Assembly (NCBI GenBank): GCA_964016885.1
Contig: OZ024741.1
Span: forward strand, 107,446,001-107,510,000
DNA: 64,000 nucleotides
Source of the DNA: Eledone cirrhosa
Lineage: Eukaryota
Direction of reading: 5' to 3'
In this document: positions 13,029 through 26,029 of the stretch, in pieces
How positions within the stretch are numbered: the stretch's first letter is position 1
How the letters are laid out: each line of letters begins with the position of its first letter
Translations under genes and position numbers: made by a program
Notes under the pieces: generated by a model
Seen by the model: the letters and a program-made list of their open reading frames with translations, nothing else
Told to the model about the DNA's origin: nothing
Databases searched by the model: none

Positions 13029-13420
13029 CGAGGGTAATCCCAAAAGTAAGGTCTACAAAGCGATGGGGACGCAGAGAAACTGTTCGTACGGCTGTTGGGA
13101 ACACTGTTGTGATTGGTGCTTCCTTCACTCCCAAAACAAGCATGCGCGCGCTTCGCTGGGATGATCAATCTTGGCTTGGCAGCCGTGAGAATGGAGCTCC
13201 CATTGAACGCTACCGCCAAGTGCGAATTTCGCGCAGTTATTATATAGAGGGCAATCCCAAAAGTAAGGTCTCCTTCCGAGGAAAACATGCGTAAATATCG
13301 GCGGATCACTCTGGATGCTCTCTGCATTTTGGTTCCTGAGGTTTCCCGACGCACCATCCACAGGATTTTAACGGAAAAGTTGCAATATCGGAAGGAGACC
13401 TTACTTTTGGGATTGCCCTC

Positions 13421-13421
<1 letters not shown>
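13029..13421 (+). mobile_element. Internally deleted mariner DNA transposon with an extra internal TIR copy
   Basis: TA-flanked TIRs CGAGGG(T/C)AATCCCAAAAGTAAGGTCT. Internal remnants MELPLNATAKCEFRAVI and ENMRKYRRITLDALCILVPEVSRRTIHRILTEKLQYRK resemble mariner transposase HTH regions. Confidence 0.85.
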
Positions 13422-13462
<41 letters not shown>

Positions 13463-13465
<3 letters not shown>

Positions 13466-14126
13466 GAGAAAAATACTGCAGGTCGCACATGGTAACATGT
13501 AATAAAATAAGTCCCTCATCAGTGATTTGCCGAAGATCATAGATATTTCATTGCATTAAAAATCATATATCTCACTTCGGTGCAATAATAACCAAAATAA
13601 GTTATTAGGACAATTAAAACGCGTAAAGCGAGTGAGACAGGAGAACAACAGAAAATATAGCATACCTTAGGGGAGAGACAAGCTTCAAAAATTATTCGTT
13701 TAGCATAAGCTAGGTGAATATATGAGAGCTGAGAGAATAGTACCAACATAAACGAAAGCTATTGAGCAGAGAGAGAAAAAATAGCGTTCGTGAGTGCAGG
13801 ATGAAATGAAGAGAAGAGGGAGAAAAACAGTGAGTGAGTGAAAGTGTGAGGAAGAGTTAACGGACAAGACAGAGGGGGAGAAACAGAGAGAATGGGGGAA
13901 CAGTAAGAGAGAGAGAAAAAAACACAGAATCGCAGTGGTAAATATATGTATAAAAATAGAGAAAAATACTGCAGGTCGCACATGGTAACATGTAATAAAA
14001 TAAGTCCCTCATCAGTGATTTGCCGAAGATCATAGATATTTCATTGCATTAAAAATCATATATCTCACTTCGGTGCAATAATAACCAAAATAAGTTATTA
14101 GGACAATTAAAACGCGTAAAGCGAGT
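13463..14126. repeat. Non-coding element with 171-bp apparently identical direct repeats (period 493 bp)
   Basis: 13463-13633 matches 13956-14126. It is bounded by (TA)n on the left and (CA)n(TA)n on the right. Confidence 0.85.
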
Positions 14127-14137
14127 TATACATACAC

Positions 14138-14226
<89 letters not shown>

Positions 14227-14227
<1 letters not shown>

Positions 14228-14690
14228 TCCTACATACATACATACATGGTGGCTGCCAACTCGTTTTCGAGTACGGCCACTACTTTATATCCATGTAGGA
14301 GAACCCCTACCGATGCGCTGAACGAGTGTGACTTTTTAGTCCAGCCAGCGACTTGAAAACTCTGGTACAAACACTACACTTGTGACAATGATTGACACAC
14401 AGTGCTGGGCCCATGGTACCATGTGACGAGAAGTGCAGAGAGATCTCCAGATACAAAGCAATGCCTGTGCCGTTAAGCTTTTATAGTGAGCAAAGGCACT
14501 GCACAAAGTCAGTCCCACTCTCTTAACCAAGATGATATTTACCAAAAAGAAGAACAAGTCAACATCATTGGATACCATCAGGGTTGCAGGTGTTACATCA
14601 GAGTTTTCCTTCTCCTAGAATTCTGCCTTGACAAAGGCTAAGGGGTCATCTCTCCCGGTGATTTTGGATGGCCATTGACTCTCAAGAGCA
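14227..14690 (+). repeat. Diverged member of the ~530-bp dispersed repeat family (possibly RTE-associated)
   Basis: Shares atggtggctgc, aagcaatgcctgtgc and cccactctct with the minus strand of 54332-54863, and ends in (CATA)n. Confidence 0.5.
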
Positions 14691-14786
14691 TACATACATA
14701 CATACATAAACCCACACAAATAAATGCATTTACTGAGTAAATAACATACATGTGTACGTTGCTTCTATCTCTTTTTTATTCTACAG

Positions 14787-15091
14787 GACTTACTCTGGTA
14801 GCTGGACTGATTATGTTCATATCAGCCGTTAATGACGAAGTGTCGCACCTACCTGCCGCTAACGATCCGCATCCTACAATCAGCTATTCTTTCGCTTGGT
14901 CTTTTTTTCTAGCAGGATTCAGTTTCTTCTTGGCTGAAGGCACCGGTGTAGCAGGAATCTATTTATTTTTCCGCCGAAATTCCAGTCTCGATGACATGAT
15001 TCATATTATTCCAGGTTTGGAGGAAAAAGTTCCACCAGAGCAACGAAAAGCGAAAAATATTGGTTACCCCAATTTCAACATTATATCATGA
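14787..15091 (+). CDS. Terminal coding exon of a voltage-dependent calcium channel gamma subunit / TARP (stargazin)-like protein
   Basis: Acceptor cttttttattctacAG (phase 1). Encodes GLTLVAGLIMFISAVNDEV...SYSFAWSFFLAGFSFFLAEGTGVAGIYLFFRR, matching the CACNG pattern GLxxxxGxxxYISxxNDE...YxYGWSFxxAxxSFxxxExxGVxxVYLF. TGA ends at 15091. Confidence 0.9.
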
Positions 15092-15324
15092 TGTTTACTA
15101 GATTATCGTAGAGTAAGAATCAATACGAAGAGCATAAATGACCATGTTGCGCTATTATTTTTATACAAAGCCTTACTAAAAATATTTATCTGGTCCGAAT
15201 GCCTGATTCAGTAGGTATTCCTGATCATATACTAGGTTTTGATTTCCTTCCACTTCACTATTCATACGTACATTCACACACACACACGTACACACACACA
15301 CACATACATACATATATACATACA

Positions 15325-15359
<35 letters not shown>

Positions 15360-15457
15360 TGTTATACTTTGGGACTCCCCCCCCCCCCAAAGTATAACAA
15401 TATCGGTTTCAACACACGTTTTCAGATAAAGAATCTTGCTAAACAAATTCAGAAACG

Positions 15458-15501
<44 letters not shown>

Positions 15502-15613
15502 TGCCAGGTGGTGCTTTTTGTTAGACATGGCCTCGGCCAATACTGGCCAAAACCTATCAAAGTTATGAAAGTTTTATATATATATATATATATAAGCTGA
15601 AAAGACTTTGTAT

Positions 15614-15651
<38 letters not shown>

Positions 15652-15676
15652 TGTAATAAACAACATAAGATAATTA

Positions 15677-15736
15677 TTTCATTTACCAGTGGTTTCTTGA
15701 AAGCAAAGAAATTTGCTTTCAGTCATCAGAATGAAA
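15677..15736 (-). ncRNA. Type I hammerhead ribozyme motif inside a fold-back element
   Basis: Minus strand: tttcatt-CTGATGA-c-tgaaagcaaa-tttc-tttgctttca-a-GAAA-ccactgg-TA-aatgaaa. Stem I is 7 bp, stem II is 10 bp with a closing mismatch, and the cleavage triplet is GUA. Confidence 0.75.
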
Positions 15737-16096
15737 GAATTCTGGTGTATTTATTGACAGTGGATTTTAAAAACCACTGGTAAATGAAATAATTATCTTA
15801 TGTTGTTTATTACATAACTATTAAGCTCTGTAACCTACATAGATCTCTCTTTTTTCCTGGACCTTTCCGACGGAAATACTTCATTTATATATATATATAT
15901 ATTTATATATAAGATACAAAGTCTTTTCAGCTTTTGAATACAAACAGCGGAGAATGTGAAATTAGATAGTAAAAATAGTGACTCTCTTGTATTTTTGACT
16001 AAGTAAATTAGTTTAATTGGAGTTATTAAAACCCACAGAAATAGCAAAATGGATGAGCATTGACGTACATAGGACACGAACCCACATTTCTGGCTA

Positions 16097-16177
<81 letters not shown>

Positions 16178-16216
16178 GAGGAGGTTATAGTTCACTTGAA
16201 GCATTGTGTAATGAGG

Positions 16217-16646
16217 TATAAACGTTTGAATATGTGTAATAAGGCCAAAACAATGCAGTTATGGACATAGAAAAAGGAATGCAATAGTGAAAGATATTGA
16301 TGAGAATTCGTCTTTCACCTTGAATTTATTTAAATGTCCTTAATTTTCGAGATAATATCTCTTCTTCGGAGGGAAGTAAAGGTCTCAAACCAGCGTCTTT
16401 AAATCTCTAGCCAAGCCATGCCTCTATACTATTTCCGGTCAGCATGGCTTGGCTAGAGATTTAAAGACGCTGGTTTGAGACCTTTACTTCCCTCCGAAGA
16501 AGAGATATTATCTCGAAAATTAAGGACATTTAAATAAATTCAAGGTGAAAGACGAATTCTCATCAATATCTTTCACTATTGCATTCCTTTTTCTATGTCC
16601 ATAACTGCATTGTTTTGGCCTTATTACACATATTCAAACGTTTATA
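16217..16646. repeat. Palindrome with ~205-bp arms and a 20-nt spacer, between (TA)n tracts
   Basis: 16217-16421 is the reverse complement of 16442-16646. Confidence 0.9.
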
Positions 16647-16686
16647 TATATGTATGTATTTATATATATATATATATGTATGTATT

Positions 16687-16761
<75 letters not shown>

Positions 16762-16844
16762 TTATATATATATATATATATACTTATATATATATATATA
16801 TATATACTTATATATATATATATACATATATACATATATATATA

Positions 16845-16899
16845 TATGTATATATATGTAACACACACACACATATATATATATATGTATATATATGTA

Positions 16900-16931
<32 letters not shown>

Positions 16932-16944
16932 GTATATATATGTA

Positions 16945-16978
<34 letters not shown>

Positions 16979-16981
16979 GTA

Positions 16982-17022
<41 letters not shown>

Positions 17023-17253
17023 TGTAACACACACACACATATATATATATATATATGTATATATATGTAACACACACACACATATATATATATATATATG
17101 TATATATATGTAACACACACACACATATATATATATATATATGTATATATATGTAACACACACACACATATATATATATATATATGTATATATATGTAAC
17201 ACACACACACATATATATATATATATATGTATATATATGTAACACACACACAC

Positions 17254-17270
<17 letters not shown>
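16845..17270. repeat. ~40-bp compound minisatellite built from (TA)n/(CA)n
   Basis: The unit tatatatgtaacacacacacacatatatatatatatatg repeats about 10 times. Confidence 0.85.
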
Positions 17271-17352
<82 letters not shown>

Positions 17353-17571
17353 TATGTATATATGTATGTGTATGTATATGAACAATTAAAACAGAGCACA
17401 TGTAGGTTTTATCGTTTTCTGTGTGAAAGAGAGATTGTCTATTTGATCAAATCGTAAATACAATTTACAATAAACCTTATTGAATTTTGGAAGTACTGGA
17501 CGTGCTTGAAATTTGAAAATTTCTCCAAAAGTCCCAAATGCAGATAATGACTGATATCAGTTGATCACTTT

Positions 17572-17645
17572 AAATAATTGTTTCTACTTTAGGCACAAGG
17601 CCAGCAATTAACCAGTGCATTACTGGTACTTTATTTTATCGACAC
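17572..17645 (-). mobile_element. SINE 3' fragment
   Basis: taattgtttctactttaggcacaaggccagcaatta...ctggtactttattttatcgac, the same family as 31627-31830. Confidence 0.75.
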
Positions 17646-18087
17646 TTTAAATAATGATTAAAAAAATGGTGTGAATTACTTGAGAGACAGAAAAAAAGGT
17701 GAAAGATGAAAAAATGAAACAGAAATAATATTCTTAATCCTTTATTCAATACATATTTGTATCGCTGAGATTTCAATAATCTATAAAACAAGAAACCCAC
17801 CAACAAAATATAATATAAACATAAATGTAAAATTGCATTAAAAAAGTCGTGTTATTTTCACCGAAGTTCACAAGTTCAGATGACGTTAATAACTTTGGTG
17901 TGCTGCAAAATGTAGAGAAAATTACTACCTTTACGATGTACCCTGATTTTACATAATGACCTTAAGTTCATGCAGGGGTACTTCTCCTCCGAGGCGGACT
18001 TAAATTTTACCTGCATTGAAAGATTTGAAAACAGTTCCACCAATGTTGTTTTTCTATTTCTCCCTTGATTCATCAATTTATATGTTT

Positions 18088-18163
<76 letters not shown>

Positions 18164-18832
18164 ATCGTATTTACCTTTAATAATTACCACCGTATTATTT
18201 TCCCCAATGTATTTAGCTGAAATACGTTTATATTTTATGGTAATAACAATTATAACAAAAACTATAATAAAAACAACAAAAATATAAAAAAAAAGCATAG
18301 CAACAATAATAACAACAATGGCAGCTAAAGATTTTCAGAATACCCATTTTCATCCTTCACTGTTATGCAGTGTCTTGAGTATACAAAGCGATGTTTATTG
18401 GTTGTGGTGCTTTGTGCCTTTGTGCCTCAGAGTGTAATATACTAATTCAACAAAAACAACAAACAACACAAGATTACCAACAAAGATATTTCTGCTATAT
18501 GCGCAAGGTCTACAATTTGTTTTGGCGGGGAGGTGGAGGAGAGGATTAAATCGACCATAGTATGTTACTGGTGCTTTGATTTATCGAACCCGTATGGATG
18601 AAAAGCAAAGCTAAACTTGGCATGATTTCAACTCAGAATGTAAAGGGATGTTACTATATTGTCCAACACTGAAGCTTCAGTAACTTGGTCATCTTCATCA
18701 TCATCATCATCATCATGTTTTATCGAGGTGCATGTATGTTTGAAATTTGAATTGTTGGAATTCAAACGTAGAAATCGTTAAAAATAATATTAGCTTTACA
18801 AATCGGGTAAAATATTTCAAATATATACATAT

Positions 18833-18965
<133 letters not shown>

Positions 18966-19215
18966 TATATCACATACTTACGTATAAACAACCACTAAGG
19001 CAAATATGTGTATACACACCTCCGTAAACAGCCACCCCGCCAAAAAAATAGATACTTTCGTAAAGATTTACTTTACACAATTGGGTAAAAAATGCCCATA
19101 TTTGGACAACGGAATCTCCTGGCGATTACAATTTTTTTCCACCGCCTAAACATCTACGATTTCGCTGGAACAAGCTGTTGAAACGGCAAGAGCTCAGCCG
19201 ACGGGGTCCCGACTC

Positions 19216-19282
<67 letters not shown>

Positions 19283-20433
19283 TATGTATATATACACACA
19301 CATATATTTGATAATCGGCAATGGTCAGGTTACATATATAATAACCAATTTATTGTCAATATTGTTGCCACTGCAGTGTATTTTTTATTTCAAATTAGAG
19401 ATTAAACTCACTTCTAAATAAATTGACCTAGTAAATATATATTTATCGATCACTTATCATTGAAAACTCATCAGAAATCTGATGATGCAGGGGGAAGCAC
19501 TCTTGAAGATTACTATATTTATCTCTCTTTACAGTAAAATCTACGACGAGAATAATGGTTTCTCTCACTATAATTTATTTGTATATATAAATGATCTTTT
19601 TTCAGAACCGTTTAGAGGATATGAATATTATTGAACGTTTTAGAGAATGAAAAATGTTCTACATATCACTGAGAATGGAAATATATAAAAAATAGTAATA
19701 AATTCGTTATGTCCACGACACAATTAATGCTTGAACAACGTAAAATCCCACCTAAACATAGATAACCGTTCAGCCGAATCGGACTCTCATTTTAAACGAC
19801 AGACATACATGGCTAATGCTGAACTCAGATTTATTTTTAACGGCAAACGAAAGACTAAAGACGAATTTGTATACAGGGATTCAGCTGAAGTGAATATAAA
19901 CACACCACTTAGACATAGACACACACACACATATCTATACATATTGTCTGGATGACCACAAATCAGAGTAGTACTCGATGGTCGGTAAGTTACAGAGTGG
20001 GTATATTAATAGGGTGGATGTTCGACAGCGTGGTTGGGGGGTTTCAGTTTAACGTCGGGGAAACCTTTTAGTATTTCCAATTAATGTATATATATATTAA
20101 ACGTTACCTTGTTATCCTATATATCGTCCACTGATGATTTATAAGTGCCCACCTAAATATATTCTTACATGAATATATATTAGGCTTCTACATAAACTGG
20201 AAACATTCTCCCAAACTTGTAGAAAACTTATAATGAAACAATTGTTTGGAAAGAGAGATATACTTTAACTTTAATTATATCTCATAAAATAATACAACTG
20301 GTTTTTCCACATTATACATATTGTTAGCACCCCAAACACTTAAATTGGGTTTATATTTTAATATAACCTAATGTTTGTTGAGTGAGATGGTTACCAGTCA
20401 GAGTTTAGCTTTAAACTATCTCTGTTATTGTAT

Positions 20434-20489
<56 letters not shown>

Positions 20490-20492
<3 letters not shown>

Positions 20493-21285
20493 GATTTGAT
20501 CTCCGACATGCATTTGACAGATTTGCAGCCGGTTGCTGAATAGCAGGAATGACAATTAGTGCTGCGAATATTGAGATACTCGTCCTCACAAAGAAGCCTG
20601 CGCAGTTCACTCTACATATGAATGGAGTTCCGTCGAAGCAGGTGAAGAATTTCAAGTACCTCAGGGACGTGTTCATGAGTAATAGAAGGCAGTAATAATT
20701 GCAATAATTGCAGGAGCTGGTGCAGTAATGCACCATCTTCAACATTCGTTCACCAGAAGAAGGGAGGTAGGTGTAAAAGCCAAACTCGCTATCTTCAAAT
20801 CCGTATTCATGCCAGCCTTTATCTATGGTCATGAATATTGTATTATAACCAAAGGAATATGATCACTATAACAAGCGATGGAAATGGGGTTCCTCCGATG
20901 GGTCTTTGGAGTAACCTCACTCGATAGAGTACATATCTCAGAGATCAAAGATTCGTTCAGTTAGAACCACAATTTCTCCGAATTGAGAGATTACTGCTCC
21001 GATACTACGGGCATGTCTCAAGAAAGAATCGCTGGACAGATATTGCGGGCAAAATCAACAGCCAGGAGGCGCTGGGGTTGACTTCGAGCATGATTGTTCG
21101 ATGAGCTCAGCTGGTCTTATCTAGGATTCAAACTGGATCAAATGGAAACTGTCGCACCTGATATGACCCGCTGGAAAGAATGATTGAGGGCTCTACCCCC
21201 ACAACCCTCTTAGGAATAAGTTTGAAGAAGAAGAAGAAGAAGAAGAAGAAGACGAAGAAGAAGAAGAAGAAGAAGAAGAAGAAAA
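20490..21285 (+). mobile_element. Decayed 3' fragment of an RTE LINE with a (GAA)n tail
   Basis: Similar to 27390-28080 (aagcaggtg.agaa.ttca.gta, gtgtaaaagccaaactcgctatcttcaa). Ends in (GAA)n. Confidence 0.7.
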
Positions 21286-22060
21286 CAAAATATATAGAGA
21301 GAGGGATGGAAGAAAGACAGAATGTAAAAGAAAGAAAAACGCCAGCCTGGACTGTTCCATACCAATATTTACCCACTTTTCGATGTACATCAGCCCCGAC
21401 ACACACCCACAGATGAACACAGACACACTCACATACACACATACATAAACATACACTACATATACGCATACACACACATACTAACACATGCGTTCAAGAG
21501 ATGCATTAAAGACTGTAATTCAGCTTCACTTTCCACTTATACAATACATTTTAATTAATTAAAATTTCTAGATTTTCCTTTTTACCAGTCTAATCCATTT
21601 AGAAAATTATACATTTCTCAGTGAAGGGAGGAAGGGAAAATCGATTATTTTCCTCATAGACTGGTACACTTTATTTTATCGTGCCCGAAAGGATGAAAGG
21701 CAAAGTTGACCTCGGCGGGATTTGAGCTGAGAACGTAAAGATTCTGTAGAAATTCCACAATGCATTTTCTTTGATGCTATAAAGATTCTTCCAGTCCAGC
21801 AGCCGTATCCCGTGGCTAAATACTACCTGTACCCATTCATATGTAAACACATACATATGAACACACATTCTTACATATATGTACACATTAACACAAATAA
21901 GGATCACCGCATTAACACACACATACATTCACACTCAGACAGCTACGCATACGTACACGTACACACATACGCGTTCTCGTTCTCTCATTCTGTGTGTTTC
22001 TATCTTTTTCCATCTCTGTTTTTATTTTTCTTTCTTCCAATTCTCTCTCATATACTAGAC

Positions 22061-22690
22061 CAGAGGTTCTCAAAGTGGGCACTATGCCCCCCCCCCCCCC
22101 CGGGGCGGTGGGAAGGTCCAAAGGGTCCGGGAGCCTAAAGGGACTGTGGGGAGTATGGTAGAGATGATATAATAGTATATTAAATATCAAATGATATATA
22201 TATATATAATGTTATACTATGTATAACATTATATATCTTTTATTTTACTATATATATATATATATATATAGTATATATATACACATATATACACATATAT
22301 ATATATATACACACACACATATATATATATATAGTAAAATAAAAGATATATAATGTTATACATAGTATATGGATTGGCAGTATCAGTAGAGGGTCGGACA
22401 CCATGCTTTGCAGCAAAGAGTTAAGGCCCTTTATGGTCTGAATTCAAATCCCGTCGAGGTTAACTTTGCTTTCATCCTTACGGGTCGATAAAATAAAGTA
22501 CCAGTAATACACTGAATTAATTGCTGGCCTTGTGCCAAAAGTAGAAACAATTATTTATTATATATAAATTAACGATTTTATTTATTATATATTATTTACA
22601 ATTTGCGTGTAGGCAGGTCACTCTGGTGCGCACTGAGGGTATTACATGGCCGTGAGGGGGGCGGTGGCCCCAAAAGTTCGAGAACCTCTG
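22061..22690. mobile_element. hAT (Charlie-like) non-autonomous DNA transposon with a nested SINE
   Basis: TIRs CAGAGGTTCTCAAA...TTCGAGAACCTCTG and a perfect 8-bp TSD TACTAGAC at 22053-22060 and 22691-22698. Confidence 0.9.
22370..22556 (+). mobile_element. tRNA-derived SINE nested in the hAT MITE
   Basis: ggattggcagtatcagtagag...gaattcaaatcccg...tttcatccttacgggtcgataaaataaagtaccag...gtagaaacaattattt. Confidence 0.85.
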
Positions 22691-23157
22691 TACTAGACGG
22701 GAACTATTTAAAGCCTGTTGAATGAACTGTATTTATAACTCACAGAACGAACCTTATTGTGTCAAACTGAATCTCCCTGAGAATGACGTTAATCGTACTT
22801 GCGCGTTAATTTCAGGAGCAGGCAGTTGGGGATCGAACAATTGGGCACTTACAATCGAAACCGACGGAGATCCATTCCATTCCATTTCATAATTTTCACA
22901 ATGGGCTCCTTCTTTCCCTTTGCCAATCTCCCCCCTCTCTATCTCTGTCTCTCTCTCTCTTTCTCTTCCATACACCTTTTTCTTTTTCACTGTCATTCCC
23001 ATTCTCTCTCACACTCTGTCTCTCTCTCTCTCCATTTCTCTCTCCCCCTTCTCTCTTTCTATCTGCCCCTTTCTCTTATTTACTCCTTCAATCTCTCCCT
23101 TCCTCTCCTGCCCTTTATGAAACAGAAACAAAGACCACGATTGAGTTGTCTCTACCA

Positions 23158-24495
23158 CAACCAGCAACTCACACGTCTACCTCAACACACACACAACCAA
23201 TAAGTCACACGTCTACCTCAACACACACACAACCAATAAGTCACACGTCTACCTCAACACACACACACACAACCAATAAGTCACACGTCTACCTCAACAC
23301 ACACACACACAACCAATAAGTCACACGTCTACCTCAACACACACACAACCAGCAACTCACACGTCTACCTCAACACACACACAACCAATAAGTCACACGT
23401 CTACCTCAACACACACACAACCAATAAGTCACACGTCTACCTCAACACACACACAACCAATAAGTCACACGTCTACCTCAACACACACACAACCAATAAG
23501 TCACACGTCTACCTCAACACACACACAACCAATAAGTCACACGTCTACCTCAACACACACAAAACCAATAAGTCACACGTCTACCTCAACACACACACAC
23601 ACAACCAATAAGTCACACGTCTACCTCAACACACACACAACCAATAAGTCACACGTCTACCTCAACACACACACAACCAATAAGTCACACGTCTACCTCA
23701 ACACACACACAACCAATAAGTCACACGTCTACCTCAACACACACACAACCAATAAGTCACACGTCTACCTCAACACACACACAACCAATAAGTCACACGT
23801 CTACCTCAACACACACACAACCAATAAGTCACACGTCTACCTCAACACACACACACACAACCAATAAGTCACACGTCTACCTCAACACACACACAACCAA
23901 TAAGTCACACGTCTACCTCAACACACACACAACCAATAAGTCACACGTCTACCTCAACACACACACAACCAATAAGTCACACGTCTACCTCAACACACAC
24001 ACAACCAATAAGTCACACGTCTACCTCAACACACACACAACCAATAAGTCACACGTCTACCTCAACACACACACACACAACCAATAAGTCACACGTCTAC
24101 CTCAACACACACACACACAACCAATAAGTCACACGTCTACCTCAACACACACACAACCAGCAACTCACACGTCTACCTCAACACACACACAACCAATAAG
24201 TCACACGTCTACCTCAACACACACACACACAACCAATAAGTCACACGTCTACCTCAACACACACACACACAACCAATAAGTCACACGTCTACCTCAACAC
24301 ACACACACAACCAATAAGTCACACGTCTACCTCAACACACACACACAACCAATAAGTCACATGTTTACCTCAACACACACACACAACCAATAAGTCACAC
24401 GTCTACCTCAACACACACACACAACCAATAAGTCACATGTTTACCTCAACACACACACACACATATATACATATACAACCAACAAGTCACACGTC
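23158..24495. repeat. 36-40-bp minisatellite array (~35 copies)
   Basis: Unit AACCAATAAGTCACACGTCTACCTCA(AC)n with variable (CA) length. A variant head, ACCAGCAACTC, recurs. Confidence 0.95.
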
Positions 24496-25271
24496 TCTCT
24501 CTCTCTCGACATACACAGACATACAGACACAAGGCAGACATAGACACAGACAGACAAACGCCCACACAAACATACACGCATACAGGCACAGACATAGAGA
24601 CACACACACAATCATACATGCACACATACATACACACACATAGACACACTGGCAGACACACATACACACAGACAGGCACACCTACATAGACAGACACACA
24701 CACACAGACAAAGATACACACATACACACACACAAACAGACACACACAAAGGCACATACACACACACACAGACACACAGACTGACACACATACACACAAA
24801 CACACAGACAAATACACTCATATACTTACATACAGACAGAAACAGTGATATACAGACAAACACACAAGCTTAACAGGAGGTAATACGGAGGCCGTGTCAT
24901 TTAGTAAATATGAATAAAACAAATCCCTCCTCAACCCCGTCGTGACACGTGACCTTTGACCAGTCAAACGACGTCAGCCGTCAGTCCTCAACCTGCTCCT
25001 TCATTACGGCTTATCCAACACCTGTCGTTAGTCACTGGTCTACATCAAACAGTTCACCCCTTTTGAACTAACTGTAGATTACCACCACCACCACCACTTA
25101 TACAACCACGATCATCACCCCCCCACCCCCCACCAAAGTCAACTACCACTAATACCACCATACTTATTTATCTATTTAATTAATAATCATAATTATCGTT
25201 CTTCCATCTACCTGAAAAACATCATTTGTCTGAGCCTTTGTTCTGAATTAATCCCTCTCCCCATCCCTCTC

Positions 25272-25316
<45 letters not shown>

Positions 25317-25489
25317 GTTATTCCGGGTTGAATCGGAGGTAACCACAGTAAGTAAGGTACTCAATACATAGCAGAGTATAACAGTTTTAATATAGATGAG
25401 ATTCTACAGGACTAGAACTGTTTCATTCATTAGAAATCATCAGGATGATTTCTAATGAATGAAACAGTTCTAGTCCTGTAGAATCTCCT

Positions 25490-25562
<73 letters not shown>

Positions 25563-26029
25563 AGAGAGAGGATGAGAGAAAAATATACATGTCTTTGTCT
25601 ATTAATGTGACACCCAGATCACCCATCCAACGACACGTCACGATCCACTGATCCATATTTGCAGGTGTACGGTTGTCACTTAGTCGAGGAGCGTACTTCG
25701 TTCACAGTTTAACAAGTACTGCTGATTACTGTGTTTTATTGTTTGACACTCTGGACATATTACACTCTCTCCTATTCGGGATCTTTCGGATCATATAATT
25801 TTTGTCATCAACACTCATGCTCTAAACCCAATAGGTACTAACTCTCCATAGAAATAGTTCTTGGGAGTGTCGTAATCGGAACTAAATACAGAAAGACTGT
25901 GAATATAAAAAAAAAGTTTTATATAAATCTCACGAATTATCGAAGCATTGAGAGTGTTTAGAATTCAAATTCTGAGAGTCCCAACAGAAACAGAGATTAA
26001 TTGAATTTGTTATTTTCTGAGAATTCTTC

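Noticed and set aside
16579-17457. Long YI/CV/TH-rich ORFs here and at 38.8-39.7, 42.2-42.8 and 59.1-59.7 kb
   Set aside because: These are translations of (TA)n, (CA)n and (TACA)n microsatellites.
23158-24495. CRISPR-like array of ~36-bp repeats
   Set aside because: There are no unique spacers, only variable (CA)n, the context is eukaryotic and no cas genes are present.
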